The position numbers were made by a program, and so were the translations under genes. DNA of 64,000 nucleotides. Source: Bacillota bacterium. GTDB lineage: Bacteria > Bacillota > Clostridia > Christensenellales > CAG-917. The stretch lies in contig JAMPEA010000003.1 of NCBI GenBank assembly GCA_023665365.1, positions 26,321-90,320 on the forward strand. The letters are read 5' to 3'. This document shows, in pieces, positions 1 to 9,524 of the stretch. Every line of letters starts with the position of its first letter. Within the stretch, counting starts at the first letter, position 1. Below the pieces are notes generated by a model. It worked only from the letters and a program-made list of their open reading frames with translations. It was not told the DNA's origin and made no database searches.

Positions 1-485
1 AAGCCTGCGAGAATTCCTCCGATTTTGTGAACCGCGTCCTTTTTTGCGAACATCATAACGAATGCGCCTATGCCCGCGAGGGCAGAGAACACGATAGTAG
101 TCGAAACGGAGTTTGCGCCGAACATGCCGAGGGCGACGATTTGTCCCGTCACCGTCGTGCCGATATTTGCGCCGAAGATAATCGTTGCGGCTTGCATAAG
201 GGTCATTATGCCCGCGTTGACGAAGCCTATCACCATGACCGTCGTCGCGCCCGAGCTTTGTATGGCGGCGGTCGCCACTGTGCCTATGCCTACGCCGATG
301 AGCTTGCTTTTGGAAGTCTTTGCGAACAGCGATTTTAGTCGGTTGGAACTTAAAGATTCGAGATTGGAACTCATCATCTTGCACGCAATGAGGAATACGC
401 CTATACCCGCAAGCAGTGAGAGAATAGACGTTGCAACCATTGTCGCGCTGACCCCTTGTGTAGCTGAAAGCGTAAATAAATTCAT
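1..485 (-). CDS. Na+/phosphate cotransporter family protein (N-terminal part; gene continues beyond left edge)
   Basis: Own translation of the minus strand from ATG at 485-483 gives MNLFTLSATQGVSATMVATSILSLLAGIGVFLIACKMMSSNLESL...IIFGANIGTTVTGQIVAL. It is hydrophobic with the GANIGTTxT motif typical of Na/Pi cotransporters. The + strand ORFs 27..338 and 70..492 are shadow frames. Confidence 0.7.
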   Translation of the reverse strand, partial: MNLFTLSATQGVSATMVATSILSLLAGIGVFLIACKMMSSNLESLSSNRLKSLFAKTSKSKLIGVGIGTVATAAIQSSGATTVMVIGFVNAGIMTLMQAATIIFGANIGTTVTGQIVALGMFGANSVSTTIVFSALAGIGAFVMMFAKKDAVHKIGGILAG

Positions 486-549
486 ATCGTAAGTAGGATA
501 GCAAAATTTCAATACAAAGTAAACTATTATTATATGCGTTTACCTATAA

Positions 550-1815
550 TCAAGTGGTTTGGGATTGGTGAAAGGGGCGGAAATCGTCGTCCTCGTGCAA
601 ATTTCCCGTGAGGTCGTCGTCGAGCAGTAAACCGCGCTTGACGGCGTTATAACCGTACTTGCCTCTGATTTTGTCTATGCTTTGTTCGAGTTTGTCGGCT
701 TTTTCGTTTGAGCCGTCGAAAAGACTGAGTTGTATATCCGTTTTGTCGCAGAGGCGTATCGCGCCGACTGTGATAGCTCTCAGCGGCGCGTCGAATTTGT
801 GCATTTTGAGCAGAAGTTCCATTGCCGCTTTCGCCAGATCGCCGGCGTTGGAAGTGGATGCTTGCAGGGGAGCTTGCTTGGATACCCATTTGAGATTCGG
901 GTCTTTTATGGAAAGCGAAACTCCGCTTGCGACAAGGTTGTATTTGCGAAGCCTCGTGGCGACCATCTCGGATAGGGCGTATACCACGACTTTTGCTTCG
1001 TCCTCGTTTGCTATATCGCGGGGAGTGGTAGTGCCGTTTGATACGCTTTTAGGTATTCTAACGTCGTCAAATCGCTTAACGTCGTCGTTTTCTATGCCGA
1101 GCGCAGAGTTTATCATATTGTCTGCGATTATGCCGAAATGATAGCGCAGCATCTCCCTATCTGCGTTTGCAAGCTGGGATATGGTGTGGATATTCAGCGT
1201 TTCGAGTTTCGCCGCGGTGCGTCTGCCTATCATGATAAACTCCGACGGCGACATATCTCCTATGCGTTGCATATAGGTTTTTCTATCGAGCACGGTGGTA
1301 GCGTCCGGCTTTTTGAGGTCGCTCCCGAGCTTTGCGAGCGTTTTTGTAAAGGATACGCCCACAGAAATCGTAAGCCCGAGCTCGCGCTTTATGCGTTCGC
1401 GCAGTTCGTCCGCAATCCGCTTGCCGTCGCCGAATAACTTTTTCGAGCCCGTCACGTCGAGCCAGCACTCGTCTATGCCGAAACTCTCCACTCTGTCGGT
1501 GTATTCCGTATATATCGAAAAGACGCGCTTCGAGATTTTTACGTATTCGCCGTAGTGCGGCGGCACGAATACTATGTCGGGGCATTTCTGTTTTGAAATC
1601 CAAATGGCTTCGCCCGTCTGTACGCCCGCCTGTTTTGCAAGTTGATTTTTTGCAAGCACTATGCCGTGGCGCATTTTCGGATTTCCGCAAACCGCAAGCG
1701 GCAACCCGTCGTACTCGGGATGCAGTTTCTGTTCCACCGAAGCGTAGAAGTTATTCAAATCGCAATGCAAAATTGTTTTGTCCACGCCATTATTATACAC
1801 AATTTTGGCTTGCAA
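550..1815 (-). CDS. dinB: DNA polymerase IV (Y-family translesion polymerase)
   Basis: 421-aa ORF. The N-terminal ILHCDLNNFYASVE motif and overall layout fit the Y-family. The first codon is TTG with no clear RBS, so the exact start is uncertain. Confidence 0.9.
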   Translation of the reverse strand: MQAKIVYNNGVDKTILHCDLNNFYASVEQKLHPEYDGLPLAVCGNPKMRHGIVLAKNQLAKQAGVQTGEAIWISKQKCPDIVFVPPHYGEYVKISKRVFSIYTEYTDRVESFGIDECWLDVTGSKKLFGDGKRIADELRERIKRELGLTISVGVSFTKTLAKLGSDLKKPDATTVLDRKTYMQRIGDMSPSEFIMIGRRTAAKLETLNIHTISQLANADREMLRYHFGIIADNMINSALGIENDDVKRFDDVRIPKSVSNGTTTPRDIANEDEAKVVVYALSEMVATRLRKYNLVASGVSLSIKDPNLKWVSKQAPLQASTSNAGDLAKAAMELLLKMHKFDAPLRAITVGAIRLCDKTDIQLSLFDGSNEKADKLEQSIDKIRGKYGYNAVKRGLLLDDDLTGNLHEDDDFRPFHQSQTT

Positions 1816-1912
1816 AACAACAAATTAGCGTATATAATATCTTATAGTATGATTTTTTATAACGCGAGCGCGCGCGTTTTCAGCGTATATATGCTCGCAT
1901 GAGGAGTTTTTT

Positions 1913-2899
1913 ATGATTTTGGTTACGGGAGGAGCAGGCTATATCGGCTCCCATTGCGTGAGAGAGCTCAAAGAACGCGGCATAGGCGTAGTGGTTTACG
2001 ACAATCTTGTCACGGGACATATCGAGTCCGTTCCGTCGGACGTTCCGTTTGTCAAGGGCGACATCTTCGACGTGGAACTTTTGCGAGAGACGTTCAAAAA
2101 GTACGGCGTGGATTCGGTCATTCACTTCGCGGCGTACTCGCTTGTGGGCGAGAGTATGTCAAACCCCGCAAAGTATTATCACAATAATGTCGCAGGCACG
2201 CTCGCGCTCCTCGACGCGATGATTGCCGAGAACGTCAAATATCTGGTGTTCTCCTCATCGGCGGCGACCTACGGCGACTGCGGCGACGGGCTCATCACAG
2301 AGGACAGCCCGCAAAATCCGACGAGCGTCTACGGTCAGACAAAGTTGATGATGGAGCAGTTTATGCAGGATTACGACAAGGCTTACGGGCTTAAATACGT
2401 CGCGCTTCGCTACTTCAACGCGGCGGGTGCGCATAAGAGCGGCGAGATAGGCGAGGCGCACAATCCCGAGTCGCACCTTATCCCTATTATCCTGCAAGTC
2501 GCAAACGGCACGCGCGACCATATCGGCATTTACGGCGACGACTATCCCACGCCCGACGGAACTTGCGTGCGCGACTATATACATATCACCGACCTTGCCG
2601 ACGCGCATATCCGTGCGCTCGACTATTTGAAGAAGGGCGGAAAGTCCACGCACTACAACCTCGGCAACGGCAATGGGTTCAGCGTGAAAGAGGTCATAGA
2701 TATGACCGAAAAGGTCACGGGACTTCAAATCAAGCGCAGCGTCGAGGGTCGTCGCGCGGGAGACCCCGCAACCTTAGTCGCTTCGAGCGAAAAGATAAAG
2801 CGCGAGCTCGGCTGGAAACCCCAATACGACAGCTTGGAGAGCATCATTTCCTCCGCTTGGAAGTGGCACTCCGCTCACAAAAACGGATATAATAAATAA
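1913..2899 (+). CDS. galE: UDP-glucose 4-epimerase
   Basis: 328 aa. Rossmann motif VTGGAGYIGSH and catalytic YGQTK are present. A GAGGAG RBS lies upstream. Confidence 0.95.
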   Translation: MILVTGGAGYIGSHCVRELKERGIGVVVYDNLVTGHIESVPSDVPFVKGDIFDVELLRETFKKYGVDSVIHFAAYSLVGESMSNPAKYYHNNVAGTLALLDAMIAENVKYLVFSSSAATYGDCGDGLITEDSPQNPTSVYGQTKLMMEQFMQDYDKAYGLKYVALRYFNAAGAHKSGEIGEAHNPESHLIPIILQVANGTRDHIGIYGDDYPTPDGTCVRDYIHITDLADAHIRALDYLKKGGKSTHYNLGNGNGFSVKEVIDMTEKVTGLQIKRSVEGRRAGDPATLVASSEKIKRELGWKPQYDSLESIISSAWKWHSAHKNGYNK

Positions 2900-2925
2900 A
2901 ACACAAATCGAGGATTGAGAGGGTT

Positions 2926-3789
2926 ATGAGTGTAAAAAAGGCTATTATTCCGTGCGCCGGCTTCGGCACGAGGTTTTTGCCCGTGACGAAAGTTCTGCCG
3001 AAGGAATTGCTTCCCATTGTGGATACCCCCGCGCTTTCCTATATAGTTGAGGAAGCCGCAACGTCGGGGATTGAGGAGATATTGGTCATCGTTTCTCCGC
3101 AAAAAAAATACATCAAAAATTTGTTTAAGGCGAATAAGCCGTTGAACTCGCTGTTGCTCGAAAAAAAGGACGATAAGAGTTTTGCGCTCGCAAATAAAAA
3201 GTACGACGTAAAAATCAAGTTCGCCGTGCAAAACGTCATGAACGGCAACGGCATGGCGGTGAGGCTCGGCAAGAGCTTTGCAAACGGCGAGCCAGTCGCG
3301 GTGCTTTTCGGCGACGACCTCATGTATACGGGCGATAAAACGCCCGTCACAAAACAGCTTATCGACGCTTATGAAAGCGTGGGCGGCAAGAGTATAGTAG
3401 GGTGTCAGTGTACGTCCGAAGCCGTCGCCCGCAGGTGCGGCGTTATGATTACGGGGAGCGTCGTTTCAGACAAAATCACGGAGATTTCGGGGATAAAGGA
3501 AAAGCCGCAGGACGAGCTCCCGAGCAATCTCGTATCGCTCGGAAGATTTGTGCTTTCGCCGAGCATCTTCGACGCTATCGACTGCGCGCCCCTATCGGAA
3601 AACGGCGAGGTCTATCTCACCGACGCAATCAACCTGCTCGCAAAAACCGAGGGCGTATGCGCGTATGAGTTCGAGGGACGAAGATACGACATAGGCAACA
3701 AAGAGGGCTTTTTGGAAGCTACCGTCGAGTACGCCTTGCGCGATGAAAACTTAAAGGACGAATTCGCCGAGTATCTGCGCACGAGATAA
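2926..3789 (+). CDS. galU: UTP--glucose-1-phosphate uridylyltransferase
   Basis: 287 aa. The N-terminal AIIPCAGFGTRFLPVTKVLPKELLPIVD signature is present. The gene sits directly after galE. Confidence 0.93.
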   Translation: MSVKKAIIPCAGFGTRFLPVTKVLPKELLPIVDTPALSYIVEEAATSGIEEILVIVSPQKKYIKNLFKANKPLNSLLLEKKDDKSFALANKKYDVKIKFAVQNVMNGNGMAVRLGKSFANGEPVAVLFGDDLMYTGDKTPVTKQLIDAYESVGGKSIVGCQCTSEAVARRCGVMITGSVVSDKITEISGIKEKPQDELPSNLVSLGRFVLSPSIFDAIDCAPLSENGEVYLTDAINLLAKTEGVCAYEFEGRRYDIGNKEGFLEATVEYALRDENLKDEFAEYLRTR

Positions 3790-3804
3790 ACTTTTATTTG
3801 AAAT

Positions 3805-5199
3805 ATGCAAAAGATATGCGATATATGCCATAGCCGCGCGGCGGAGCGATTTGACCGCGTGGTGGAAAACGGGAGCGCCGTCGAGTACGCCTATTGCGAG
3901 GCGTGTTATAACCGCGCCGTCAAGAGCGGCGTTCTGCCGCAGGAGGAAGCGAGGCGGAGCATCGCAAGACTGGGCAAGGAGTGTCCCGTTTGCGGATATA
4001 CCGCGGAGGAATTTACCGATACGCTTTTATTCGGCTGTCCCGACTGCTATCGTTATATGCGCGAAGTTGCGACCGACGCGGTCGAACGTACGCAGGGCGG
4101 CTGGGTGCGCGGCAACGCGAATTTGCAATTCGTAAGTCCCAAAGAATCGCAAAACGAGGGTTTTAAAAGCGCGGACGAGTGCAGTATAGACGACCTTACG
4201 CGCGATAACGTAGTATCTTCGAGGATAAGACTTGCGAGGAACGTCAACGGTCTGGAATTTACAAATTTCGCAAAAGACGTGGATTTGCGCTTCGCCGATA
4301 TGATAAAGGGCGCGAAAAGGGCGGCGGACGCTGCGTTCGATGCGCGGCTGTTCACTATGTCGGAGCTTTCCGATACAAAGAAAAAAGTTTTGCTCGAAAG
4401 GCATTTCATATCCCTTCCTCTCGCAAACAATCTGCGTAGCGGAGCGGTTATAATCGAAAAGGGCGACCGTCCGCAGATGTCGATTATGCTCGGCGAGGAG
4501 GACCACATACGCGAGCAGTGCGTGATAGACGGGCACTCGCTCGGCAAGGCGTACGCGCGTATAAAGGAATACGACGCGCGGCTTGCCCGCGAACTCGACC
4601 TTGCCTATGACGGACAGTTCGGCTATCTCACCGCGTGCCCGACAAACGTCGGGACGGGGATGCGAGCGTCCGAGATGCTTTTTCTGCCCGCTTTGAGGCG
4701 CGCGGGCGCTATCGACGACGCAATCAAGACGTTTAAAGACGCATACGGGCTCACCGTCAGAGGCTACTTCGGCGAGGATAGCGATTCCGCTTACGATATG
4801 TATCAAATATCCAATTCTCGCACCTACGGCGTGAGCGAGCAGGAGACGCTTTATCAGGTCGAGCAAGCCGTCGTAAGAATGTGCTATTGCGAAAGGGTTG
4901 CGCTCGAAAAGCTCGTCAGAGAGCAAAAAACCTCGCTTATCGACGGAATTTTCAGAAGTTACGCCGTGCTTACGGGCGCGTACAGTCTAAACGCGCAGGA
5001 GCTTATGAAGTTGCTCGTGGACGTAAAAATCGGCGTTATACTCGGCGTTTTGCCGATAAAGAGTACGCGCGTACTGAACAAAATCATCGAGCAATGCTCG
5101 TCATCGCTTGAAATTATCACTAACGGAATATCCGACGACGAGCGCAACAGAACGAGAGCGCAAATCGTGAAAGATATTCTTTCGGAGGAAAAATTATAA
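3805..5199 (+). CDS. mcsB: Protein arginine kinase McsB with fused N-terminal McsA-like zinc-finger module
   Basis: 464 aa. Residues 1-~85 carry CxxC pairs in the McsA pattern (CDICH..., CEACY, CPVCGYTAEEF, FGCPDCYRY). The rest is ATP:guanido phosphotransferase (RIRLARNVNGLEF, EEDHIREQC, CPTNVGTGMRAS). It lies immediately upstream of clpC. Confidence 0.85.
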   Translation: MQKICDICHSRAAERFDRVVENGSAVEYAYCEACYNRAVKSGVLPQEEARRSIARLGKECPVCGYTAEEFTDTLLFGCPDCYRYMREVATDAVERTQGGWVRGNANLQFVSPKESQNEGFKSADECSIDDLTRDNVVSSRIRLARNVNGLEFTNFAKDVDLRFADMIKGAKRAADAAFDARLFTMSELSDTKKKVLLERHFISLPLANNLRSGAVIIEKGDRPQMSIMLGEEDHIREQCVIDGHSLGKAYARIKEYDARLARELDLAYDGQFGYLTACPTNVGTGMRASEMLFLPALRRAGAIDDAIKTFKDAYGLTVRGYFGEDSDSAYDMYQISNSRTYGVSEQETLYQVEQAVVRMCYCERVALEKLVREQKTSLIDGIFRSYAVLTGAYSLNAQELMKLLVDVKIGVILGVLPIKSTRVLNKIIEQCSSSLEIITNGISDDERNRTRAQIVKDILSEEKL

Positions 5200-7709
5200 T
5201 GTATTCTGAAATCTCCAAAGCTGTGCTGAAAACCGCAAGCGACCTTGCCACGAGGACGGCGGGACTCATCTGTACCGAGCATCTGCTGTACGGGCTTTCG
5301 TGCGCAAACGGCAGCGACGCGCAAAGTCTGCTTACAAAGTGCGGGCTTACGTCAAACGTCTTGCTTACGTATTTCAAATCCACTCCGCCGACCGCCGCGG
5401 TGCGCATGTCGCCAAGAGCCGGCGTTGCGGTGGAGGAGGCGCAGGACGTGGCTATGCGGCTCGGCTCGCAGACGGTCGAACCCGAGCATATCCTCTATAC
5501 CATACTCGAAGACAAAACCTCCGCCGCGTGCGATATAATCCGCGGCATGGGCGTAGACCCCGAGCATTTGCAGAGGCTCACCTACAACGCGATAATAGGC
5601 GGCAATCATCCTTCGGCAAGTACGAACGGAGAGGAGCAGAGAAACGGACATCTCCCTACGCCTCCCTCTCAAACGCGCGGCGATATAAACGACATTTTAA
5701 GCGGATTGAATTATACTCGCTATAATTCCGCGCCCGTCGGCGAGGAGAAAAAGGAAAGCGATTTCGACCTTTTGAAGTTCGGCACGGATTTGACAGCCAA
5801 GGCAAAGGCGGGCAAACTCGACCCCGTTATAGGCAGAGGCAAGGAGACCGAGCGCGTGATACAGGTGCTTTGCCGCCGCACGAAAAATAATCCCGTGCTT
5901 ATAGGCGAACCGGGCGTAGGGAAGTCCGCCGTTATAGACGGGCTTGCGCAGGCAATCGTCGCGGGCGACGTTCCCGACGCGCTTAGGGATAAGATGGTGT
6001 TTTCGCTCGACCTTACCTCGCTTGTCGCAGGCACGAGATACCGCGGCGACTTCGAGGAGCGTTTGAAAACCACGCTCAACGGCATAAAGGAAAGGGGAAA
6101 CGTCATTCTTTTCATAGACGAAATACATACCATTTTAAAGGCGGGTTCGAGCGACGGCGGGCTGGACATAGCAAACGTTTTGAAGCCGATGCTCGCAAGG
6201 GGCGAGTTGCAGACGATAGGCGCGACAACGCTTGAAGAATTTCGCAAGCAGTTTGAGCAAGATAGCGCGTTAGAACGCCGCTTTCAGCCCGTTTTGGTTG
6301 AGGAGCCGACCCCGAGCGAAGCGATTGAAATATTGCAGGGCTTGCGTGAAAAATACGAAAATCACCACGGCGTGACGATAACCGACGAGGCAATTTCTGC
6401 GGCTGTGATACTGTCGGATAGATACGTGACGGATAGGTTTTTGCCCGACAAGGCAATCGACCTCATCGACGAGGCGGCTTCGAGGAAGAAGATTTTCACT
6501 TTTACGACTCCGCAGGAGCTTCGTGACCTCGACGCAAAGATAAAGCAAGCGGATTTGGAACTGCGCGAGGCTACTCGAAAGGAGCAGTTCGACAAGTGCA
6601 TAAAGCTCAAAAAACTGCGCGACGATTATATCGAGCAAAAGCAGAAAGCCGAAATCGCGTGGGAGCAAAAGCGCGAGAGTGTAAGTCTCACCGTCGGCGA
6701 GGAGGAGATTGCCGAGGTCGTCGGAAACTGGACGGGCATTCCCGTCAACAAGATTTCGGGCGGCGAAAGCGAGAAGCTCGCCGCGCTCGAACAGACTTTG
6801 CAAGCGAGAGTTATAGGGCAGGACGAGGCGTGCAGTGCGGTCGCAAGAGCGGTCAAACGCGCTCGCGCAGGACTTAAAGACCCAAAACGTCCCATCGGCT
6901 CGTTTATATTTTTAGGACCGACGGGCGTAGGCAAGACGGAGCTCGCAAAGGCGCTTGCGGGCGCGCTGTTCGGCGACGACGAGATGATTATAAGAGTGGA
7001 TATGTCCGAGTATATGGAAAAGGAAAGCGTATCCCGCCTTATAGGTTCTGCCCCCGGACTCGTCGGCTTCGAGGAGGGCGGACAGCTCACCGAAAAGGTG
7101 CGCAGAAAGCCCTATTCGGTCGTCCTATTCGACGAGATAGAAAAGGGACACTCGGATATATACAATCTGCTTTTGCAAATCCTCGAAGACGGCATTTTGA
7201 CGGATAGCCACGGACGCACCGTCAGCTTTAAAAACACCGTGATAATCTTGACGTCCAATATCGGCGCAAAGGAAGTCGGCGAGACTCGCGCGAGCGTGGG
7301 CTTCGGCGAAAACGTAAACAGCGTGATAGAGAGCGAGTGCGTCAAGGAGCGCCATATCCAAGCGCTTAAAAACTATATGAAACCCGAAATCATCAACCGC
7401 ATAGACGAGGTCGTCGTGTTTGAAAAACTCGGCAAGGAATCGCTTGTGAAGATAGCAAATCTAATGTTTGCGTCCCTTGCAAAGCGCCTTGACGAGCGCG
7501 GCATAAACGTGGAGTTCACGCCCGAGGCAAAGGCATACGTCGTCAACGCGGGCTACGACGCGGAGTACGGGGCAAGACCTCTGCGCCGCACGATACAGCG
7601 CCTCGTTGAGGATAAACTCAGCGAAAAACTCATACTCGGCGAGTTCGGCGAGGGCGATAAAATAAAAATCGATGCTGTCGACGGGGAATTGAATTTTTGT
7701 AGTATTTGA
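5199..7709 (+). CDS. clpC: ATP-dependent Clp protease ATP-binding subunit ClpC
   Basis: 836 aa with a Clp_N repeat region and two AAA+ modules (GEPGVGKSA, GPTGVGKTE). The start overlaps the mcsB stop (TAATG) and a GGAGG RBS is present. Confidence 0.95.
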   Translation: MYSEISKAVLKTASDLATRTAGLICTEHLLYGLSCANGSDAQSLLTKCGLTSNVLLTYFKSTPPTAAVRMSPRAGVAVEEAQDVAMRLGSQTVEPEHILYTILEDKTSAACDIIRGMGVDPEHLQRLTYNAIIGGNHPSASTNGEEQRNGHLPTPPSQTRGDINDILSGLNYTRYNSAPVGEEKKESDFDLLKFGTDLTAKAKAGKLDPVIGRGKETERVIQVLCRRTKNNPVLIGEPGVGKSAVIDGLAQAIVAGDVPDALRDKMVFSLDLTSLVAGTRYRGDFEERLKTTLNGIKERGNVILFIDEIHTILKAGSSDGGLDIANVLKPMLARGELQTIGATTLEEFRKQFEQDSALERRFQPVLVEEPTPSEAIEILQGLREKYENHHGVTITDEAISAAVILSDRYVTDRFLPDKAIDLIDEAASRKKIFTFTTPQELRDLDAKIKQADLELREATRKEQFDKCIKLKKLRDDYIEQKQKAEIAWEQKRESVSLTVGEEEIAEVVGNWTGIPVNKISGGESEKLAALEQTLQARVIGQDEACSAVARAVKRARAGLKDPKRPIGSFIFLGPTGVGKTELAKALAGALFGDDEMIIRVDMSEYMEKESVSRLIGSAPGLVGFEEGGQLTEKVRRKPYSVVLFDEIEKGHSDIYNLLLQILEDGILTDSHGRTVSFKNTVIILTSNIGAKEVGETRASVGFGENVNSVIESECVKERHIQALKNYMKPEIINRIDEVVVFEKLGKESLVKIANLMFASLAKRLDERGINVEFTPEAKAYVVNAGYDAEYGARPLRRTIQRLVEDKLSEKLILGEFGEGDKIKIDAVDGELNFCSI

Positions 7710-7732
7710 GTTTTAATTGTCTATATAAGAAA

Positions 7733-7756
7733 AAGCGACGGGTTTCCGTCGCTTCT
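7733..7756. terminator. Bidirectional hairpin terminator between clpC and the convergent 487-aa gene
   Basis: AAGCGACGG-GTTT-CCGTCGCTT flanked by A- and T-runs. Confidence 0.7.
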
Positions 7757-7763
7757 TGTATAT

Positions 7764-9227
7764 TTAGTTTTCAAATAAAATTCTGAATGCATCTAATTCA
7801 TACCACTCGCTACATAAATATAAACAGCCAATAGTAAACCCAATTATCACCAACATTATTGCTATTCTAATGATGTAATAAGGCATCGTATGTTTGCAAA
7901 ATTCACTAATAGATATATCATCGCTCATATAAGTATGTTCTTTTTCATATTTGATAAACTTTGTTTCTATTGGACCGAGTATAGAAATTATAATGAGATA
8001 AACTACTGCCGCTACGCCCATACATATCATAGTTGGAGCAAATATATATACTGTAAATGGTAAAGCCTCTAAATCATCCGTATAATTTGAAAAAAAGTGA
8101 TTCATTGCTAAACCTATTGATATTGATAAATATAGAACGCTTAATAAACTCGCTACAATTGTAATTACTCTGACAGGTAAAGACTTCATATCTAATTTTC
8201 TGTAAGCCTTTCGTTGTTCATAATAGTGTTTGCCATATTTATAAATAAAATTGTTTAATATTTTTCCTGTAATGGCATCTACATAATAGCTTTGGTTTTC
8301 AAAATCAAATTCATAAATCGGATAAAGATAGACCGACGTATTAACATCGAAGGAGTCTTTGTTTAGTTTTTGACCCCAAGGATCAGTCAAATTTACAAAT
8401 TCGCCAGAAAATGGAATGAGTGGTTTTACTTCTCCCGCTATCGCCCCATAAGCTATGGAGAAAGCATCTGAGGTGCTAGCAACAAGCGATTTTTTTATTG
8501 GGCCATATGTATGATAATCTTTTGGCAAGATATCTTGTTTAAAAATTAAAGAAAGTAGTTGTACATCCGGAGTATTGTAAAGACCAGTATACGGCAATAA
8601 ATTGGCGGTAATTTCTTCGGTTGAAAGAGAGTCCTTATAAGATTCAAAATCACTACGTAACGTTTTATTATTAAATACAATTGTATCAAGGAAATATTCA
8701 GTTTTAGTGCAGTCGATTTTAATTGTATGAAATGTTGTGCCATCTATTACATGATGCTCTATAACTCCTTTTTTACCATCGACGCTGATTTCATAAGAAT
8801 CTTTTTGTTTATCTTCAATTTTAAACGTCACAGCATCTTGATTTTTATTATCAATTTTTCCTTCATATATTTTTCCATATTCGTTATCGGTTGTTTTATC
8901 TAATCTGACTTTATCCCCATGGATTGTACCAGAGTAATAATCTGCCGAGCCAAAAAAACTTGTTTGAGAATAACAAAGTCCATATGCACGCGCAGTGCAA
9001 GCACCTACGAATGAATAGAAAGTTTTTAAATTTTCGGCAGTGCAGTTTTTGATAAAATTATTTTTAAATTCGTCTTCGCAAAAGGTTTTTGTGTTAATTT
9101 CGTCTATTAGCGTGTCACAGGCTTGCTGTTCGGTAATTTTTTTTACATATGCTGTTCCAGTTCCTTGGACAGTTTTATCATAGAGATTTGTGTTTTCAGA
9201 TTTTGAATTGGTTTTGTTTTTGCTCAC
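7764..9227 (-). CDS. Hypothetical membrane protein (large N-terminal soluble domain plus about 3-4 C-terminal TM helices)
   Basis: 487-aa ORF in a clearly AT-rich segment, with an Asn/Lys/Tyr/Ile-rich codon pattern unlike its neighbours. Hydrophobic stretches include VITIVASLLSVLYLSISIGLAM, FTVYIFAPTMICMGVAAVVYLIIISIL and YYIIRIAIMLVIIGFTIGCLYL. I recognise no family. Confidence 0.7.
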   Translation of the reverse strand: MSKNKTNSKSENTNLYDKTVQGTGTAYVKKITEQQACDTLIDEINTKTFCEDEFKNNFIKNCTAENLKTFYSFVGACTARAYGLCYSQTSFFGSADYYSGTIHGDKVRLDKTTDNEYGKIYEGKIDNKNQDAVTFKIEDKQKDSYEISVDGKKGVIEHHVIDGTTFHTIKIDCTKTEYFLDTIVFNNKTLRSDFESYKDSLSTEEITANLLPYTGLYNTPDVQLLSLIFKQDILPKDYHTYGPIKKSLVASTSDAFSIAYGAIAGEVKPLIPFSGEFVNLTDPWGQKLNKDSFDVNTSVYLYPIYEFDFENQSYYVDAITGKILNNFIYKYGKHYYEQRKAYRKLDMKSLPVRVITIVASLLSVLYLSISIGLAMNHFFSNYTDDLEALPFTVYIFAPTMICMGVAAVVYLIIISILGPIETKFIKYEKEHTYMSDDISISEFCKHTMPYYIIRIAIMLVIIGFTIGCLYLCSEWYELDAFRILFEN

Positions 9228-9465
9228 TTAGTTCTCCTTTTGCGCAAAAAATATAACAAGCGCATTTCGTTAGATTTCGCCAAAAACCTGTCTGTTCAAA
9301 TAGACAATAAACGATTTGCACTTGTTATCAAAATAAAAGTGCCTATTTGAACATATTAAGGTTTTTGGCAATTTCTAATTTATTCCACTTTTTGAATATT
9401 GTCAACAAATTTTACTGCGAGGTTGTATGTGATGAAATATCTTTTGCTTATTTGTGAGTTTTCTA

Positions 9466-9494
9466 TTGAATATATAAAATATATTTGTTATAAT
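9466..9494 (+). promoter_or_regulatory. Candidate SigA promoter of hpf
   Basis: TTGAAT at 9466-9471, a 17-nt spacer, then TATAAT at 9489-9494. It lies 30 nt upstream of the hpf ATG. Confidence 0.5.
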
Positions 9495-9524
9495 ATAATA
9501 AACTAAAAGCGAGGAGGTCCGTTT

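Noticed and set aside
27-492. Plus-strand ORFs 27..338 and 70..492 at the left edge
   Set aside because: The minus-strand frame gives a clean Na/Pi-cotransporter N-terminus starting at 485. The plus-strand ORFs are Arg/His-rich shadows.
1816-3804. CtsR operator upstream of the mcsB-clpC unit or of galE
   Set aside because: No GGTCAAA-type tandem heptad was seen in 1816-1912 or 3790-3804. The GC-rich palindrome AACGCGAGCGCGCGCGTT at ~1861-1878 does not resemble it.
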